DNA of 11,468 nt from Candidatus Pacearchaeota archaeon (GTDB taxonomy: Archaea > Nanobdellota > Nanobdellia > Pacearchaeales > GW2011-AR1): positions 1 to 11,468 of the forward strand of contig VGKP01000019.1 in NCBI GenBank assembly GCA_016866975.1, given 5' to 3'. The notes beneath the pieces are model-generated. The model ran no database searches and was not told the DNA's origin. It worked only from the letters and a program-made list of their open reading frames with translations. Shown piece after piece: positions 7,016 through 11,468 of the stretch (its first letter is position 1; every line of letters begins with the position of its first letter). Made by a program: the position numbers and the translations under genes.

Positions 7016-8341
7016 ATGAACCTTAAGGATAAAGTCATTTTTGTGCTCTCTAATCCTATTTTTTACTTCACTCTAGCTGCTCTCTATACTTTTTTCCTGA
7101 TCATAAACCATGGTCCAGACACGACTACAGTGATCTTTTCACTTTCTTCATTCCTCTTGATTTTGCACATCTTGTATGGGGGATATTTCCTCTTTAGGAA
7201 TGGAAAAGTCTTAGATCCAGTAATCGCTACATCTTCAATAGCTGTCCTTATCTCGATGTTTTATCTTACATCAAGCATACAAAGACCATATTTTTGGTTC
7301 ATCTCCCTCACCACGTTATTTATGTTTGCCATTATTTATCATCAAAGGACAAGATTTCTTTCAGATGTAGAATATATCAAAGAATTCTGTAATTACAAGA
7401 CATATATAGAGATACAGGGCATCATAGGTAGTCTGATCGGAGCTACCCTCCTCATCGCATTTCCAAACTCAGCTTTCTTAATTTCTATTTTCAACATATT
7501 AGGGATATTAAAATTGAACCATACAATCCTATTCAAAAAGAACCTCTACAGGATAAAATACTCTAATCCTTCTAAACTGAATAACCCTCTGGTAAGTATG
7601 ATTATAATAACTTATAATGAAGAAAAGAATATAGGTAAACTTCTAGATTCTATAAGATCTCAGTCATATAAAAGACTGGAAGTGATAATTGTTGATGATC
7701 ATAGTTCTGACAGGACTTGCGAGATAGCAAAGAGATTCTCAAGATCACTCAAATTAAAGGTAGTAAAGAAGGATATAAGGGGCCAGTCTAGGTCAAGGAA
7801 CTTTGGTGCAAAGTTTGCTCGAGGCAAAGTACTTCTTTTCCTTGATGGAGACGTTTCACTTCCAAAAGATTTCTTAAAGAGTAACTTAGAAGAATTTTTA
7901 GATAAAAAACTTTCAATTGCATTTTCAGATTACAAAGGAGGGGACAAAGATATGTTCGAGAAAATACTAAATTCATTCTACCGGGTATGGTTGAAGACTG
8001 TACAATATTATAACCCTAGGGCAATTGGTTTTAGCATTTGGGCTAGGAAGGCAATACATGACAGGACTTTATTTGACCCGTCAATCATTATGTCAGAAGA
8101 CTTTGACTATATAAATCGAGCCTCAAAGAAAGGAAAGTTCAGGATTTTATCTTCATGTCCTATAGATTCGGACTCTATATCGAGAAGATTTGACAGAGAG
8201 AACAAAGTAAAGCTAATCCTTAAATACCTATATTTTGAGACATATAGAAATTTTATTGGAGAGATAAGGCGGCCTCTTGCACAGTATAATTATGACCGTG
8301 GAGATGGCAAGGTGCTCAGCATAGATAACCAGAGATTATGA
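7016..8341 (+). CDS. Family 2 glycosyltransferase (GT-A fold) fused to an N-terminal multi-pass membrane domain; 441 aa (446 aa from ATG 7001)
   Basis: The GT2 domain starts at about 7586: PLVSMIIITYNEE...EVIIVDDHSSDRT...RNFGAKFARG..LLFLDGDV (DxD) ...SEDFDY. The first ~180 aa contain about 5-6 hydrophobic segments. Confidence 0.92.
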   Translation: MNLKDKVIFVLSNPIFYFTLAALYTFFLIINHGPDTTTVIFSLSSFLLILHILYGGYFLFRNGKVLDPVIATSSIAVLISMFYLTSSIQRPYFWFISLTTLFMFAIIYHQRTRFLSDVEYIKEFCNYKTYIEIQGIIGSLIGATLLIAFPNSAFLISIFNILGILKLNHTILFKKNLYRIKYSNPSKLNNPLVSMIIITYNEEKNIGKLLDSIRSQSYKRLEVIIVDDHSSDRTCEIAKRFSRSLKLKVVKKDIRGQSRSRNFGAKFARGKVLLFLDGDVSLPKDFLKSNLEEFLDKKLSIAFSDYKGGDKDMFEKILNSFYRVWLKTVQYYNPRAIGFSIWARKAIHDRTLFDPSIIMSEDFDYINRASKKGKFRILSSCPIDSDSISRRFDRENKVKLILKYLYFETYRNFIGEIRRPLAQYNYDRGDGKVLSIDNQRL

Positions 8342-8971
8342 CTTATCTTTAGGCATCCACCCTATCTTCTTGTATATAGAATTTCCCATTACATATATGC
8401 CATATGTGATGAAGAAAGCGGCAAATACATCTATTGAATAGTGCTGATGCATTAAAAGAGTGCTTGCCCCCAATACTATTGAAGAGAACAGAAAAAATTC
8501 TTTGGCCCAATGATTCTTGAACATAAGGAATCCTAGGAATGGCAATCCTGTATGTCCTGAAAAGAACAAGTCATTTGTATAGGCTATGGTGCTGAACGTT
8601 GGAGGAAAAACGGGAGATATTGCCTGCGCAGGAGCATAAAGATGTGTCAGGCTGATGAAAATGCTTCTTACAATCGTGAAAAAAGCTATAAGTCCACACG
8701 CATAATAAAACCTTCCAGGTGTAAATATCAGCGGATAGAGAAATAATGAATACATAACTAAAAGGAAAAACCAAACATATAAGAAAGTGACATCGTAGGG
8801 ACCTATAGAATCTAATATGATATCAGGTGCAGGAAGAGATATAAAACTGTCAGCATACGTGCCTGCTGCTTTGTTTGAAATTATTGATAAAAACCCAATC
8901 ACAGCAATTATGACCAGTTTCCATCTTGTTGACCAGAGCTCGTCAAGCCATCGCCTTGAAAGTCTTTTCAT
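8336..8971 (-). CDS. Sphingomyelin/IPC-synthase-like (PAP2/LPP superfamily, PAP2_C type) membrane phosphotransferase or phosphatase, copy A, 211 aa
   Basis: Motifs PAPDIILD, RSIFISLTHL, NDLFFSGHT and HQHYSIDV correspond to SMS-family D1-D4 motifs with the His/His/Asp triad intact; about 6 TM segments. Confidence 0.85.
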   Translation of the reverse strand: MKRLSRRWLDELWSTRWKLVIIAVIGFLSIISNKAAGTYADSFISLPAPDIILDSIGPYDVTFLYVWFFLLVMYSLFLYPLIFTPGRFYYACGLIAFFTIVRSIFISLTHLYAPAQAISPVFPPTFSTIAYTNDLFFSGHTGLPFLGFLMFKNHWAKEFFLFSSIVLGASTLLMHQHYSIDVFAAFFITYGIYVMGNSIYKKIGWMPKDKS

Positions 8972-8996
8972 TATAACTCACAAAAACTTATCTTAC

Positions 8997-9036
8997 TATA
9001 AAAAGTTTTTCTAATGATCCACGCGAGGTTTTTAAA
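8997..9036. promoter_or_regulatory. Back-to-back divergent TATA promoters
   Basis: Minus: GAAAAAC TTTTTATA (9004-8997), 26 nt upstream of ATG 8971. Plus: TTTTTAAA (9029-9036), 22 nt upstream of ATG 9058. Confidence 0.6.
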
Positions 9037-9057
9037 TCTAGATACCTTGATTTGTTC

Positions 9058-9792
9058 ATGAGAACCCCACTGATATCGATTATAATACCTACTCTCAATG
9101 AAGAAAAAGGACTGAAGAAAGCTCTTGAAAACCTAACTTCTGGATTACATGATACAAACTATGAATTAATAATCTCGGACGGGGGGAGCAATGATAAGAC
9201 AGTTTCTATTGCAAAAAAATATGCAGACAAAATTTTTGTACACAAGGAAAAAAGAAGACAGACTATAGGTGAAGGCCGTAATGAAGGTGCAAAGATTGCA
9301 AGAGGAAAATATATTGCTTTTGTAGATGCAGATGTCACTATCCCGGATCAAGACAAATTCTTCAAGAAAACTGTTGAAGAATTTGATTCAAGACCTGGTT
9401 TGGTAGCTCTTACGGCTAACATAAGGGTATTACCTGACAGAGAAAGCTGGGCAGACTGGCTTGTTTATCTCTGGTTGAACAGTTTTCATAAGATTATGAA
9501 CAATCTATTTCACCAAGGAAGAGCGGCAGGGGAATTCCAAATGCATGTCAGGAAAGAATTCCTTAAGATTGGCGGCTTTAGCGAAACTTTTGCTGCAGGA
9601 GAAGATTATGAACTATTCATACGCTGTTCAAGGAATGGTTATACATTGCTTGCTCCACTTACTGTTTATCATACAGGAAGACGCGCAAGAAAAACAGGTT
9701 GGCCAAGACTTTTGATTAAATGGTTCCTGAACAGCCTATCGGCATCATTTAGCCACAAATCAGTAAGTAAGGAATGGGAAGTGATCAGATAA
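9058..9792 (+). CDS. Family 2 glycosyltransferase, soluble or peripheral, 244 aa
   Basis: PLISIIIPTLNEE, ELIISDGGSNDKT, GRNEGAKIARG..IAFVDADV (DxD), GGF...GEDYELF. The track start is TTG 9052; ATG 9058 fits the promoter spacing better. Confidence 0.93.
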   Translation: MRTPLISIIIPTLNEEKGLKKALENLTSGLHDTNYELIISDGGSNDKTVSIAKKYADKIFVHKEKRRQTIGEGRNEGAKIARGKYIAFVDADVTIPDQDKFFKKTVEEFDSRPGLVALTANIRVLPDRESWADWLVYLWLNSFHKIMNNLFHQGRAAGEFQMHVRKEFLKIGGFSETFAAGEDYELFIRCSRNGYTLLAPLTVYHTGRRARKTGWPRLLIKWFLNSLSASFSHKSVSKEWEVIR

Positions 9793-10526
9793 TGGGTTAC
9801 TGGATAGACTATCTTTTCGAATTCTCAAAGGCACACGATTTTCTGGCCTATGTTGTGCTTTTCTTAGGTTCTTACTTTGAGACTCTTATAGGGCCAGGAT
9901 TTTTCATTCATGGAGAAATATTCTTCCTTGCGGGCTCTATTGCTGCAGGCTTGGGATATCTTAATGTCTGGTTGGTATATCTTATCTCAGTCTTGGGCGG
10001 AATTGCAGGAGACCATTCCAGTTACTGGCTGGGAAAAAAATATGGTGAAAAATTTATTTCTAAGTTTTTCAGAAAGTCCAACAAGTTCCTTAACCCTAAG
10101 AAATTCCAGAAGGGCAAGAGATTCTTTAAGAAATTCGGGGAGAAATCATTGTTTTTCGCCAGGCTTATGGGCCCAGTATCATGGATAACTCCTTTCCTGG
10201 CAGGAATATTCAGGACAGACTACAAAAAATTTACAAAATATAATGTTCTGGGAGTAATGGTAGGCATAGGTCAATTTGTGGCAATAGGATATCTGATAGG
10301 CTTTGCTTACATAAAAATATTCTCATTCATAGAAAGATATTTCTGGATTTTCTTATTTATCCTCCTTGCTCTGATATTCTTGGTAAGATATCTTTCTAAG
10401 AAGACACGAATAATAAGGATTCTCAAGGAAAGATTTGTAAAGATTTTCATGAAACATGGAATAATAATAGTGATAGGCTACCTTATATGTTATATAGCTC
10501 TTCTTTATTTCCTGATAGCTTTATAG
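9792..10526 (+). CDS. dedA: DedA/SNARE-associated (VTT) family membrane protein, 244 aa
   Basis: FETLIGPGFFIHGE, GGIAGDHSSYWLGKKYG, FFKKFGEKSLFFARL.GP...FLAG: the DedA signature with conserved Glu, Asp and Arg. The start overlaps the GT2 stop (TAATG at 9790-9794). Confidence 0.9.
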   Translation: MGYWIDYLFEFSKAHDFLAYVVLFLGSYFETLIGPGFFIHGEIFFLAGSIAAGLGYLNVWLVYLISVLGGIAGDHSSYWLGKKYGEKFISKFFRKSNKFLNPKKFQKGKRFFKKFGEKSLFFARLMGPVSWITPFLAGIFRTDYKKFTKYNVLGVMVGIGQFVAIGYLIGFAYIKIFSFIERYFWIFLFILLALIFLVRYLSKKTRIIRILKERFVKIFMKHGIIIVIGYLICYIALLYFLIAL

Positions 10527-11140
10527 TCAAAAACATAATTCCCTATTTTATATATGCCATAAGTAATAAAATAGGCAGATAGGACGTCTATTGAATAATG
10601 TCTGTGCATTAGCAATGCAATGGCCGCAAGTACTATCGATGAAAAAAGAAATATCCGCCTCAATTTTTTATTATCTCTGTAGATAAGATATCCTAAGAAT
10701 GGAAGGCCCACATGTCCTGAAAAGAATAGATAATTTGAGAAAGAAAAGAAGTCATATACTGCAGGCGAATAAGATAATGGAGATATTGCGCCTTCAGGCA
10801 TCTTAAGATGAGTCAATACTACGAAACCTGAGCGAATCACACTAAATAAGCTAAGCATCCCTATCATGTAATGTATCTTTTTAGGCATATAGATCAACGG
10901 ATAGAATATGAACAAGGACAATACAAACAGGAAAAGCCAAACATAAAGCACGCTCAGGTCTATGACTGGTAGATTATCAAGCACAATATCTGGAGGCGAC
11001 ACTGTCCCAACTCTCTCAACATATAAACCAGAAATAAAAGTTAGAACCACTGCAATTATGGCAAAGATCAATGACAAAGTAATCTGTGGTCTATGATCGA
11101 GTATGTCTTTTTTCCACAGAGCAAGTCTTTTGTCTCTCAT
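10505..11140 (-). CDS. Sphingomyelin/IPC-synthase-like (PAP2/LPP superfamily) membrane protein, copy B, 211 aa
   Basis: SPPDIVLD, RSGFVVLTHL, NYLFFSGHV and HRHYSIDV. It aligns end to end with copy A, sharing blocks such as LYVW, YPLI, AISP, GLPFLG, FLFSSIVL and FITYGIY. Confidence 0.85.
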   Translation of the reverse strand: MRDKRLALWKKDILDHRPQITLSLIFAIIAVVLTFISGLYVERVGTVSPPDIVLDNLPVIDLSVLYVWLFLFVLSLFIFYPLIYMPKKIHYMIGMLSLFSVIRSGFVVLTHLKMPEGAISPLSYSPAVYDFFSFSNYLFFSGHVGLPFLGYLIYRDNKKLRRIFLFSSIVLAAIALLMHRHYSIDVLSAYFITYGIYKIGNYVFDYKAIRK

Positions 11141-11159
11141 AATATCCTAAGCAAGACCC

Positions 11160-11167
11160 TCTATAAA
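11160..11167 (-). promoter_or_regulatory. TATA box of SMS-like copy B
   Basis: TTTATAGA ends about 20 nt upstream of ATG 11140. Confidence 0.5.
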
Positions 11168-11190
11168 TACCTAACTCAGGTTCCTTTTCT

Positions 11191-11298
11191 TTAATTTTTC
11201 TTCTTGGTCTTAGAGAGGAATGAGCTATGGTCTGGTCCTTTTCTCTCCACTTTGGCAACTTTCTCCCTGCCCACTTTTTCTCTTATTTTTTCTAAGGT
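11191..11298 (-). pseudogene. Orphaned gene 3'-end relic (35 codons plus TAA), homologous to the C-terminus of the upstream CDS
   Basis: It lies in frame directly after TAA 11301-11299 and reads TLEKIREKVGREKVAKVERKGPDHSSFLSKTKKKN*. It matches VEKKKPDHTPFLAK of the upstream ORF at 9/14 aa and 29/42 nt. Confidence 0.55.
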
Positions 11299-11468
11299 TT
11301 ATTTCTTACGTTTCTTCACAGGCCGTCGATGTGCCGCCGCATGCTTAAGCTTCGCAAGAAACGGAGTATGGTCTGGCTTTTTCTTCTCCACAGGAGAGGA
11401 AGTATCTTTCTGTTCCGGAGTACTACCCGTGCGCACCACCGCTTTCTCCTTCTTCACCAATGACTGTA
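11299..11468 (-). CDS. 3' end of an unidentified protein with a basic, low-complexity C-terminal tail (5'-partial)
   Basis: Open frame from the right edge: QSLVKKEKAVVRTGSTPEQKDTSSPVEKKKPDHTPFLAKLKHAAAHRRPVKKRKK*. Too short to assign a family. Confidence 0.6.
   Translation of the reverse strand, partial: QSLVKKEKAVVRTGSTPEQKDTSSPVEKKKPDHTPFLAKLKHAAAHRRPVKKRKK

Noticed and set aside
7788-10188. Short nested ORFs 7788-7976, 8571-8774, 8817-9014, 9166-9351 and 9910-10188
   Set aside because: They overlap well-supported genes in other frames or strands and carry no motifs.

Overview
The window is AT-rich and most likely archaeal, DPANN-like (Pace/Woesearchaeota style). This is inferred from TATA boxes about 22-26 nt upstream of start codons, a tRNA gene without encoded CCA, and an RG/Q class III signal peptide. 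Left part (minus strand): an apparent operon of a small ribbon-helix-helix-like gene, a 606-aa pilin-signal protein, and a giant (>1538 codons) Cys-rich secreted protein. The giant ORF runs off the left edge and is missing from the ORF track. Its signal-peptide region is interrupted in frame by a ~117-120 nt twin-hairpin element resembling IS200/IS605 ends. A tRNA-Val(GAC) follows. Right part: a membrane/lipid-modification cluster with a repeated layout, GT2(+TM) -> <- SMS/PAP2-like and GT2 -> DedA -> <- SMS/PAP2-like. At the right edge is the 3' end of an unknown gene, followed in frame by a diverged relic copy of its own C-terminus. All translations and counts outside the ORF track were done by hand; no database searches were run.
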